A DNA stretch of 64,000 bases, taken from assembly GCA_950097015.1 (NCBI GenBank), contig CATNEN010000001.1, positions 8,990,001 to 9,054,000 of the forward strand, given 5' to 3'. Position numbers and translations under genes: made by a program. Numbering within the stretch: position 1 is the stretch's first letter; every line of letters starts with the position of its first letter. A model generated the notes under the pieces. It worked only from the letters and a program-made list of their open reading frames with translations, was not told the origin of the DNA and ran no database searches. Shown here in pieces: positions 49,471 through 60,462 of this stretch. The stretch is from Macrostomum hystrix. Lineage: Eukaryota > Animalia > Platyhelminthes.

Positions 49471-50094
49471 ATGCAAGACTGCCCTATTTGTTTAGAAGAA
49501 CAGACCGCTCTAATGCCCATGTGCGAAGTCGGACATGGGACATGCCAACAATGCGAGACAGCCGCGGCGCAAACTGGCAACCCAATACGCACCTGCCCAA
49601 TCTGCCGTCGAGACAGGGTCCACTGTCTCATTTGCGGTAACCAACCGCAAATACAAATCTGTGACAATAGACACTGGAGCTGCCTCGCCTGCCCAGAGAC
49701 ACTCGGCAGTCGAAATATCGACAAATGCCCCGATTGCTTCCTACGGCTGCGGGAGGAACCCTTGGCTACGGTACGATTAACACCTGTAGCAGTGGACCTA
49801 CTGCTCATGAATATGAATGACATGGAGCCTTATGAATTACTAACGGCAATAAAGACGTGGCCGACACCACTGCGATGCCAACAACATCGGCGATATTTAC
49901 TTCAACTGGGCGAGTACCTGACACGCCGAGCCGAAATTATGACAGATACAGAGGCCTACCTCTATATCCTCGAGCATACTGAGGATCCGGCCTACCTACA
50001 ACTATATAAATTATTTTGGCCAATAGCCATACTAACGGTCAAAATTCAAGCCCAAGTACATGAATTTATCCGGCAACAATTCAGCCTTGAATGA
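49471..50094 (+). CDS. Double-RING protein, paralog B (intact, intronless; putative E3 ligase)
   Basis: CPICLEE...CEVGHGTCQQC...CPICR and CLIC...CDNRHWSCLAC...CPDC; shares the LLxAxKxWPxP region with paralog A. Confidence 0.8.
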   Translation: MQDCPICLEEQTALMPMCEVGHGTCQQCETAAAQTGNPIRTCPICRRDRVHCLICGNQPQIQICDNRHWSCLACPETLGSRNIDKCPDCFLRLREEPLATVRLTPVAVDLLLMNMNDMEPYELLTAIKTWPTPLRCQQHRRYLLQLGEYLTRRAEIMTDTEAYLYILEHTEDPAYLQLYKLFWPIAILTVKIQAQVHEFIRQQFSLE

Positions 50095-50479
50095 GTAACA
50101 ATTTTGATCGCATAAACTAGTAAAACAAACAGACCATTTATTCATTGCTTATTTAAAATAATTACACCTCCCGGATTACTTAGATTACTTAAACAACCGG
50201 ATTATGTTCATCAATCCCTATGTTAACCAATACAATGCCAAAATTGCTACGCATCTCTTCTCAAACTGTTAATTCCTTTTCACGAACATTTTATCAACTA
50301 CTCACGCCAATTATATAATCCATTTGTGTTTTATGTCTACCCATACGTAACTATACCAATTTTAACTAGTCCTGATACTGCCAATACATGATGTTATCTT
50401 ATTATTGTTATGCAGTCATTTTCTTTTCCTCTTAATAATTAAAATTCGGGACGATTTTTTTCGTAAAAAAGGGAGATAT

Positions 50480-52363
50480 TGTAGAGAGTAGTAAAATATT
50501 CCATTTGTTTAAACGCGCTACTTAAAATAATATCACAAGGATAACAGCTTTTAATCTATTTTTAGGAATGAGTCATGCGCTATATTTAGAAACAAAGTCA
50601 TGTGACATGAAACCGTAGAACCGGTTCTCGACAGCTGTATTTGCTTGAATTCCAAATATGGTAATGTTCACCTGAAAAACCCCCAAAACGCAGCTGAACA
50701 AACAAGTTTGACCTCACTGTGCAAACATGTATGCCCAATGTAAACACCCGGTCCTAAACCGGTTTGCCCCAAAATTTTACTATAAATATAAGCCAAAATC
50801 CGAGCTGAAAATTCAGACTCGGTGCGGTCCACCGGACTTCAAAACAGCTTTACGAAGAAGAGGACTCATCTCTGAGGGAAAGACAAGTGGTAAGCGCTTT
50901 ACTAGACAGAGTTATTTATTGCTAGCAATAGTTGTTGAGTTGAACTAAGCTTACGAGAGCCACATATCGTCGATACATTTGAGAAAGGCCTCCTTGTTTC
51001 ATAGGATACATTCCTAGAGGATTATTGATTGATTTGATTTAAGTTATCCGTTATCTTTCGGAGGTAACGAAGAAGACGCCCTTCAGGAGGACCTATTGGA
51101 GATATACAAGAGAGATTTCCATTGTTCACTAGGGCGCACGCTTCTATTGTGAATTCCGAGCTCGAGGAAACCGACAACTGATTCGCTCTCGTCATTTATT
51201 GGCCAACAGATAAAGTCAAGCAGCTGCCAAGATGACAAAGAATGAGCAACTAGAAATCGACTCATATGAAGTATCGAAACTCAGGCTTAGGATTAGGCTA
51301 GGGACCCTTACAAAACTTTGGTTTCAGCAAGAGGCACCTGGCGAGGCATCTGGCGAGGCTATGAACTAACACGGAGAACGGCAACGGCAGTTCACGAACG
51401 AGTCGACGGCGAAGACATGTGCCGAAATTAAGCTTCAGCCAACCGCCAGAGTTCAACCGCACTTAGAGGCAACGCAGGCCAAGCTCGGAGGCCTATGCCG
51501 CGAGATAAGACAGCTCGGCAACATTGGAACGGCGAGCGCAAAGGGCGGTAACTATTGAAATAAGACACCAACGAAGTTAGTTTAAGACAACCAAGACTTA
51601 GACTTAGAGTCGGAAGCCAAATCCTTAACAGCTTGATTGTAACAACTAACCGAGAGCCGCTTTCATCTTTCATTTGACTTCCTATCTCACCCCGGTAGAG
51701 GAGCGACCAACTGTTGAGCCGCCTGAGAAGCAGTTTAGCTCTGAAATAATATCACACGCGTAACATATAAGCGGATAAAATAGCTTATAGAAGACAAGAC
51801 TACAAAGACTCAAGAAACACAGACTCGAAACCTCACTGTCGACCAGAATAAGAAGAACAATGACTACAAGGACCCAGAAGACTAGAAACTACTTAAGGAA
51901 TAAGAAGCAATTGCAGTAAGTGTCACGTGACTGTTATAAATTCCTAGGCAATTGTTCCCTATTGTCTAGAAGTGGGAGTTTCGTGTGTCAGATTAACACG
52001 CAAAACTCTTCACCACGACAAAAGCGCTTGCATTCAGTTTTAAGAAATCAGAGTCAGAAGTGTGTTCAAGATATAAAAAGAGTGCCTTGTAAAAGAAGTA
52101 TATTGTGTTATTCATTTTAAGAGATGAGAATGTTGAGAAACATACTCAGAATCATACTAAGAACCATACCAAGAACTATACTAAGAACTCTACTAAGAAC
52201 TATACTAAGAATTGTACCTAGAATTATACTAAGAATTGTACCTAGAATTATAGTCAGATTAATACCAAGAATATTACTAAAAGGGAACTGCTATATTCTT
52301 ATCTCTGGGACGCCTAATTGACTGGAGACATACATTTGCCTAATTTACCGCTCGTGCGATACA
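50480..52363 (+). mobile_element. Putative ~1.9-kb 3' LTR preceded by a PPT
   Basis: AAAAAAGGGAGATAT (50465-50479) directly followed by TGTAG; candidate end ...GATACA at 52363; TATA-like CATATAAG ~51764; no partner LTR in the window. Confidence 0.5.
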
Positions 52364-52711
52364 GACGCTACCAGATTGAAGAGTTAAACGGCCCATTTAA
52401 GGACCGCCAGTTTAAAACATCCACCAAATTGAGATAACAGCAGTGAGATCAGTTATTAAATAAAGGCCTATTACAACTTTGGTGTCATTCGGTAGGATTT
52501 AATTACACCTGCAACAACTTTTGTAACAGCAGTAGGATTTTCTCATAAAGGCCTGTATTATTTAATTTAGCCCTACAACAACTTTGGTGTCAGCGATAGG
52601 ATCTTGATTATTAATAATATAGCCCTGGGGACACTTGGAACATGCAATATAAAGCCGATTTCGACTCCTTCCCCCTAACAGTCGCCTATCCCCAACCCCA
52701 ACTTTGTCTTA

Positions 52712-53038
52712 CCAAAAATAACAGCTTTAACTAGCTTCCGAGCGATCGATTCCCTCCACCCGCTTGAAGTCCCCATATTGTCTAGCATTCTGAGCATTTC
52801 TTTGTCCCAGCGAGTCTTCTCTGGAAAATCCATATACTTAATGTCGTTCCAGATGCAGACAGTCTAGCTCGTTCACAGGCTCATGCCCAGGATTTGAATT
52901 ATTGTTTTTATCTAGCTGTGTTTCAAGCGGATTCAAAGGCCTGCAATATTTATAGCCGGGAATTGTACAGCCTTTGTTTAGATTTATTATCGACGACACT
53001 GCCCCATCGTTATAACTCGCAGCCGCCTCCATCTTCAT
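52712..53038 (-). pseudogene. Second parvoviral-type PLA2 fragment (Polinton/adintovirus-like)
   Basis: KGCTIPGYKYCRPLNPLETQLDKNNNSNPGHEPVNELD; reverse-complement homolog of 6775-7045. Confidence 0.8.
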
Positions 53039-53591
53039 CTCCGTTCTGCCGTATGCCTACTTTTTGTGAGCTTGCAGCAGCTCTCGAAGTGGGCGAGTCG
53101 GACTGCCAGCAGGTTGACTCAAACCCCATCTTAACCGCCTTTCGGATTTGAGCAGTCACTCGCTTATTATGTCGCTTTGATGTAGCTTTGTAAATGCTAT
53201 TTCGAAGTCCTCATTATCCGACTTGGACCCAGCATCCTCGAAGACACCGACTCAAATGGCAACACGGATGTGCACCTGGCCGCAGGATCAGGCATGGCTG
53301 CAGGCCGTTCGATGAGCTGTGGGTGGCAACGACTGCTTGTACAAGAAAGGGCAATTCGAACGCACCGCAATTCACTGCATTCGCAGCAATAAATAAATCC
53401 GGCAACTCCGCACTTGAGTATATGGAGGATATTAGTGGGCCAGAGGACCCAAATGCGAGAGAAATATGTGGCAACACACTTAGTGTAAGTGGCCGCGGTG
53501 TTTCAGGGCTCCGATTCCATGCAGCTCTTTAAGTTGCTTCTAAGTCACGACTGCTTCCAACACAAAGGGAATTTTGAACGCACAGCAATTT

Positions 53592-53985
53592 ATACGAGGG
53601 TCAGTCAAAAAGCGGTCAGCAGCGAAGGTCTTGGCGACTGTGTTCTGGGATGCCGAGGGAGTTGTGATGGTTGACTTTCTAGAAAGCCAGAAAACCATCA
53701 ATGCCATCTACTACGAGTCGCTTTTGCAAAAGCTCCGCACCGAACTGGCCAAAAAGCGACCTGGCAAGCTGCACCGTGGAGTGCTCTTCCACCACGACAA
53801 TGCACCAGCCCACACTTCTCGACTGTGCCGGGAGGCTCTGCGAGATTTCCGCTGGGAAATACTTCAGCATCCTCCGTACAGCCCTGATTTGGCTCTTTCA
53901 GACTTTTTTTTGTTTCCAAAGCTGAAGGAGGCGATCAAGGGAATTCGACATCACAGCAAGGAGGCTGCCAAGAAGGCTACAAGGA
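53592..53985 (+). pseudogene. Mariner fragment: left-TIR remnant fused to the catalytic domain
   Basis: TACGAGGGTCAGTCAAAAAG; KVLATVFWD, HHDNAPAH, HPPYSPDLALSDFFLFPKLK. Confidence 0.92.
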
Positions 53986-54003
53986 ACGGACCCCGAATCC
54001 TAA

Positions 54004-56265
54004 ACTTCATATACGAAACTTGACTTGCGCAGCTCTAGGTTTGCAACCAAACCTACGATTTGCCACTTCTGACACGAAATTACCGCAATGTATACTTGGG
54101 TGGTCAAGAAGAACACCAACATCGGGTTTGTGGTGTTTCTGACAATTGCCTGCTGTTTGGCCAATGCAGCACCTGTTATGCCTGTGGAGCAAATCAAGAC
54201 ACTCCCCAACAAAGTGGCCCATGTCACACTAATTGGTAAAGACGGAGACTGGCTTGTTGCAGGAGTGACATCCCTGCTCACTCTGCTGAGTCTGCTAGCA
54301 CCCTGCTGTGTGTGCAAAGGGAAGAGAGACAGGACCAGGTACAGAATGAAAAAAGAACATCGGAAGCTGGCAGTTCTCCGAGGTGTGGGCAACGCTAAAG
54401 GGAAGACTGTCTGTGAGTGTGGTTGTGACCACACCTCCTGTGCAGGTCATATTGTCTACGAATCGAGGATGAAGATGGTGTTGAAAGCTCTGAACGGGAC
54501 TAGGCACGAGTACAGACCTGGAGCCATTGTCATCATCTGTCTGGCCTCTTCCTCCATGGCAGTTCAAGGTCAGCTCATACTTCCTGTGCAGACTGTTGAG
54601 GTAGTGTCTCATTCCGGAGTGAACCGTCTGATCATGGACCTGATGGAGCCTGACATGAGTCTGGTAGTCAGGGAGAAGAACCTCTTCCACCGCATGGGGT
54701 GTCAGGATTTGATGGCAATCAGTATCAAGAGTGACTACAGCTGTGGCAGCAGTGGGTACGACAACAGCACAGAGCTCAAAGTCATGAACACTCGCATTCA
54801 GGTCCCCAACAACATGGGTTCAATGAAATGGTCGAAATACCACTACGACTGCATGGGTGTCATCAGGTCAGTCAACGGGACCACACATACAGAATGCTGT
54901 ATTGATATTCGGCACATCGAGAAGTCTGAAATCTCGGCACTTATCTCGAAGGTGTACGAGGAAGAATCCCAGGCCAAAATTGCTCAGGTTGGTGACCTCT
55001 CCTGCATCTCAGGTTCCAGAGTGCCTGGAAACTGGTGGGATCACATCGATCTGGATGAAGCATTTGAACCCAAGTGTGCAGGCTTCTGGGTGGTGGCCTA
55101 CTTTTCTGACTGCGGCCCGCAGCTTGTCAGACTCTGGCAAACACCACAGCTCTGGCATTGCTGACTGAAAGTGTTTTTGTGCAGGGAGTGGACAGCCTTG
55201 GAGAATGCAGAGTGAGGCGCTGCATGGCAAGCTACTTTGACGAAAAGAGTCACGGGCGCACCAAACGTGCAGCTCAAAATTCCAGACTCTTCAAGTCACA
55301 CCACTGGGGCTCGGGATGGGTGGCCAATGTTGTGGATGTAGATGACGGATTCTCTGTGACTGATGCCGTCTCTGAGTGCTGTCTGTGGTGACCGGATGTG
55401 CCCAGGAGCTTTCAGATTCCTGTCTCGGTCTATTGCGTCTGTAAGCTCTCTGAGTTCAACCAAATATGCCCTGAACACCACCTGCAGGGTAGTGAAGGGA
55501 GGAGTTGTCATAGGGGCACCAGTGCCACACAAGCCTGTGTTCAAACAGAGCTTCGTCTACATCAGCCCAGCACTCAAGTTGGTCGGGGACTGTAAGGGCG
55601 GGACCTGCAAGAAGTGCATCATTCAGTCACAGAAGGAATGGAAGGCCAATTCCTCTCTGACAGTTGATGAGGGTGACCTGACAGTGGTGTACAGCCCTCT
55701 AAACATCAGCACCTGCACAGAGGTTGGAGGGTTCAAGTCATATCAGGTCAAATACGGCTCTTCCTGCATCACTCTTACTCTAGACATGCTGAGAGAGAAT
55801 TACTGCACGAAAGTCTCGTCAAACATCCTTCCTGCTGTCTCTTATGTTCAGCCAGTGAGGCTGACCACAGACTACATGGTGCCCATCAGGATCAACCTCA
55901 CTAACTCCGGGTGGGCAGATGTCCGTGATCACCTGACGTCGGCGAAGCAGCAGATGGACAGAGCTGTTATGGAGTTCGAGAGAGGGTACTCAGAGAATGC
56001 CCTCCACGTGACACAGAGCTGTAGAAACCACGGCAGATGTGGGTGTTGTTAGGGTGCTGGTATACACAAACTTCACTATGACCTGCCTTCTGCTACTCAT
56101 GCTCATAATGTGGGGCATCTACAAGGCTGCATCGGGAAAGAGGAAAGACAACACCATGCCATATGACCGGTCAGAGGCAATCAACACAATGAGAGTGTAC
56201 GATGAGGAGGTCACCTCTCACAAGCTGGTCAGACTCAGGTGCCTGAGGTCCGATGGCGGATGCAG
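54004..56265 (+). pseudogene. Endogenous viral-type glycoprotein polyprotein (several TM segments, Cys-rich ectodomain), three frameshifts
   Basis: Consecutive ORFs 54088..55164, 55158..55391, 55363..56052 and 56039..56350; hydrophobic segments GFVVFLTIACCLANA, LVAGVTSLLTLLSLLAPCCVC, AIVIICLASSSMA, TCLLLLMLIMWGIY; many N-x-S/T sequons; RTKR furin-like site; no introns evident. Confidence 0.65.
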
Positions 56266-56652
56266 CAGAGTCCATGTTTTCCCTCTACGAGCCGGAGACC
56301 AAAACCCAGAGCTTGCAGTGAAAGCGCCCCTGATGAACCCACTCCGCTGAAGGCCAAGACGGTGCCATCGATGAAGAAGCGGATGGGCACCCTCTTCTGG
56401 GATCGTCAAGGAGTGCTGCCAATTGAGTGGCTGCCTGAGAAGCGGACAGTCACAGGTGACTCCTGTTGCGACGTTGCGCTAGCTGAAGGAGGCGATCAAG
56501 GAGAAGAGGCGTGGCAAGGTCACTAGGGGTGTCTGGCTGCTCCATGACAATGCTTCAGCCCACACCTGTCACAAGGCGCAGGCCGCCATCCGTGAGCTGG
56601 GGTTCGAGCAGCTCCCTCCCCTGCTCATCCGCCAGACCTGGCCCCCTCGGAC
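56266..56652 (+). pseudogene. Mariner transposase fragment
   Basis: ESMFSLYEPETKTQS; KAKTVPSMKKRMGTLFWDRQGV; LLHDNASAH; PDLAPSD. Confidence 0.85.
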
Positions 56653-57753
56653 CGCGTACAACACTGGTCTGATCAATCACGTGACAGTGAATCATTCACT
56701 GCACTTCCGTGACCCCAACAACCTAGAGATGCATACGAACAGTTTTACCACTGTAGTGAGCCGTAGCTTAGGTGGCTCCCTTTTCCCGGCACTGAGTGGC
56801 TGTCCGGCCCGCCCTCTCTGGCGCTGTCCGGTCTGCCCTCTTTGTCCTCCCTTTCCCACGGCAGCGCTTGCACTTAGAGTGTGTTGTCTCTCCCCCAGGG
56901 ATGAGTCATCACCTCTTTGTCCCGCGCTGGCCAGTCCCTTTCTTTGTGTGCGCGTTTGTCTGCACTCAGTCAGCGCATGATTCTCCTCATGTGACTGGCC
57001 TCTCTCTTTGTCTCCTAAAGTGCACGTAAACATGTTTACTGCACTTGGGGCTTTGATTATGGGACAGGAGTCTACGTAGGAGTGACGTTTTGGCGCCACT
57101 GACGTCAGTTGCTATTTTTAGAAACCACGTGAGCCCATCACGTGCTTTCTAACGTAGCACTGACCCTATGGGAGGCCCCTGCCTATAAAAGAAAGGCCCC
57201 GCTCCTCTGGTTCTCTAACCCTTCTATCCCTTGTTTAAACCTTCTCTTGATAACCGTCGTTCTTAACTTGTTCTCTGTGCCATCAGTGTCTAAGTTTCCT
57301 ACTTCAGTCTCTGCATGTGACTGCTCGTAAGCTCAGTTCTGGCTAAGTCCCGAAACTAACTTAGCCTTCCACCCCACCATCCGAGCTACGCAGGACACTG
57401 ACAGCCTGTAATTGCAACTGGAACTCTGCACTGTGTGCTTCTCGAGACTTTGTGACTTCGTTTCTTTCGGGCCAAGGATCCTTCACCTCACCGAAGGCAG
57501 AAGTCCTGACGCCCTGGTGGCAGCGCTACTACTACACTACCTGATATTCTTGGACTTCATATTGGAGTCCGCCGGATCCTCATTGTTAGCAGGACGACCG
57601 GTACAACACCACGCCCTTACTGCAAGTCTAAGTTTCGAGCCATGCATGGAACGTCAGATGCCTTGTTCGGCACGTATCTCCAAGAGTTCATGTGGCGCCT
57701 TCCCCACCAATCAGTTCGGCAATATCCTATACTGGATAGCTCACTACTTCTGA
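56653..57753 (+). pseudogene. Merlin/IS1595 transposase C-terminal fragment split by a solo LTR
   Basis: TVNHSLHFRDPNNLEMHTN before the insertion; YLQEFMWR and NQFGNILYWIAHYF after it. Confidence 0.7.
56752..57608 (+). mobile_element. 857-bp solo LTR
   Basis: TGTAG...CAACA; 4-bp TSD CCAC (56748-56751 and 57609-57612); TATAAAAG ~57184. Confidence 0.78.
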
Positions 57754-57877
57754 CTTACTAACTGACTGACTGACTATTACTGACTGCTCACAGGGTTTAA
57801 TGCAAGTTGTTTCATGTTCTGGTGGGCTGAAATGAGCGTAAATGCAGAAAAATAATTAAAAGCTAGAATCTTAAAGA

Positions 57878-58146
57878 TCGCCCCTCGGACTTCTGGCTGT
57901 TTCCAGCGCTGAAAAATTCGCTTCGTGGCCACCACTGGGCTTCTCCGACTGCTCTAGCATCCTCGGTGAACCAGTGGTGCAAACACCAGGGTGAAGAATG
58001 GTATGCTGAACGCAATAAGCTACCAGAGCGCTGGGCCAAGTGTGTCACTGCGTGGGAACTTTGTTTAGAAGGTTCAGGATGATTAACAGTTACTTTATTT
58101 CTCTAGTTTCTAGTTAATAAAGTGACAACTTTTTGATTGTCCCTCG
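57878..58146 (+). mobile_element. Mariner 3' end with right TIR
   Basis: PSDFWLFPALKNSLRG...LPERWAKCV; ends AACTTTTTGATTGTCCCTCG followed by TA. Confidence 0.8.
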
Positions 58147-60084
58147 TAGTATGGCCAGGCACTTTAAAAACAAGACTGTCCAAGGTTTCAATTGTGCCCT
58201 CTTTGAGGGGTCTGTTCACGAAGAAACAGTACTTCCTAATTCAGGAGCTTCAGGCAGCGGACTCTACACAACATGGATGGTGCGCGAGCTGCGGGCATTG
58301 ATAAGACACATTTGCACCTCCTTGAAAAGGTGCCCAAGGAAATTCTACCTAATGTGCTTGAGCTTTTTAAGCATAGCTTGCACAATGAAGACTGTCCACG
58401 AAATTGGAGGACTGTGCAAAGGATTAAGTAGTTCCACTGCTAAAAAGTTGCAAGGACCTAGCTAAAGTAAGTTTGTACTGGCCTATCAGCCCAATTGCCA
58501 GCTTTAGTAAATGGATGGGGAGAATACTGGCCAGCCATGTCAAAGATATTAAGAATTGATATTAGTTCAAATTTGAACTGGCGATATCAAATTTTGTTAT
58601 TTAGCCTATAGAACAGAGAATCAATGGATCTGGAAGGTTTTTTAATTTTTAGCATCCAATTTTTTTGACCTGATCAGAAGCTGTTAGGAAACCTACATTC
58701 ATCAAACTACTCATATATAGATTCTGTGCACTAAGATGCTTATAAAACTTAAAAACCTCAATCAATACAACTAAAACTTAAAAATAATTAAATGACAGCA
58801 ACCTATTGACAAAGTAGCAAACAAAAGAGTATTGCGGCTACAGGCTCAAATGCCTCACTATTAGACAGTTAATTGCAAGGAAAATTGCAGTAGCTTGAAA
58901 GTGATGAAGGTCAATGTCTGACATGTTTGTAAAAAAGGATATCACATGCAATATCTGTGACCACTGGCATTGTTCTTGCCTTCTTGGTGCTATGCTGCTC
59001 TTCCTATTGAAGATGCTAACATACCAAAACTGCAAGGCCTTTGCTTGATCCTTTCTTCTTCAATGGAAAAAAAGGCTTAAAGGCTTTGCCAAGTCAAAGC
59101 ACTATCCAAACCATTGATGTAAAGTTAACTGGCAAAGAGAAACCTCGCCTTTGTGCTTTGCTGGTTTGACTGGTGAATGAGCAAGATGACCAAGACAAGG
59201 GTGTCATCTTGCAATAGTTACCAACTTTGTAATAATGCCACTTTCAGCCAATTATGGATTGATTATGACCTTACCCAAAAGCAGAGTGACTTCAATCAGG
59301 GTTACTGAAAAACCGAAGAACGAGTAAGTCAGTAAGCCCTTTCGTACCAGTAAGCCAGAGACTAGAGAGAAAGTAAAGTTTCTAGAGAAAAAGTAAGGAA
59401 GCTTATATGTGCCTCACTGATACTGCGATTGGACACAAATGAAAAGTTGCAGCTGAATTGGAATTGAAGACTGCCCCAGGTAGATTATAAGTCAGGAATT
59501 TATTTGTATAGAATTCATTTGTATAGTATTGAACTTTTTAATTCAGCAAGCAAGGTGCTCCCAGCTGAACCAAATGCTTTCAAGAATAGGAATGGGAAAA
59601 ATTCAATGGCTATTTTTTCTTTTTTACCAGAAAATTTTTAGATCAGACACTGCCAAAGATAGCGTTGGACAATGCTTTCGATGCAGTTTTTATAATATAT
59701 GACTTTTGATGCTGTTTTTGATGCAGTTTTTAATGCAGTATATATACCACTTTCGATGCGGTGTTTATATATCACTTTTGATGCAGTATTTACTGCACTG
59801 TTTAACGAACCTCATTTTAGGCTTGGACTATGCGGAATTTGCCCCACTGTTTAAATAACCTCATTTTAGGCTTTGAATATTCAGTGGACTATGCAGTGGA
59901 CTGTGTCGAATTTACTGGACTGTTTAAAGAACATGGGTCATTCCATGAGAAAAGGACACAATAGGAAAAAAATTAAAACTGATGTAGAAGCACCAAACTT
60001 GCTTAAAGTGCTTACTAAGAGTCTGTAGTTTATGTTTTTATTGAATATGAATGAAGGTATGGCATTTATGTTTTTTCTACTTCA

Positions 60085-60462
60085 TGATCCGGACTATGGA
60101 GCCCGCGACCAGGTCCACATCGCGAGACAGACTGCCATTGACTGGCACCAATTTCTGTGCGACATATGCCAGCAGTATCTCATTGACCACCCAATAGAGC
60201 TGGGTGGACCTGGTCACACAGTCGAGGTTGACGAGTCCAAGTTTATACACTGGAAATATAATCTGACCTGAACAATCCAATGGTGCACACAAACCGCATC
60301 AAGAACATCTGGGCCCTTGCCAAGAGGTGCCTGTGCGCAATGCACGGTACAAGTGATAAACTCTTTGAGGGTCATCTTGAAGAGTATATCTGGCACTGCC
60401 TGTGCCCGAACAATGCATTCGGTGCCATGCTTTACTGGGCTTCTGTGTATTACCCAGTTTAA
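60085..60462 (+). pseudogene. Merlin/IS1595 transposase fragment, internally deleted
   Basis: QTAIDWHQFLCDIC...LGGPGHTVEVDESKF joined to VHTNRIKNIW...HLEEYIW. Confidence 0.85.

Noticed and set aside
58150-60030. Coding or RNA genes
   Set aside because: AT-rich, only short ORFs with no recognisable motif; no tRNA or rRNA recognised here or elsewhere in the window
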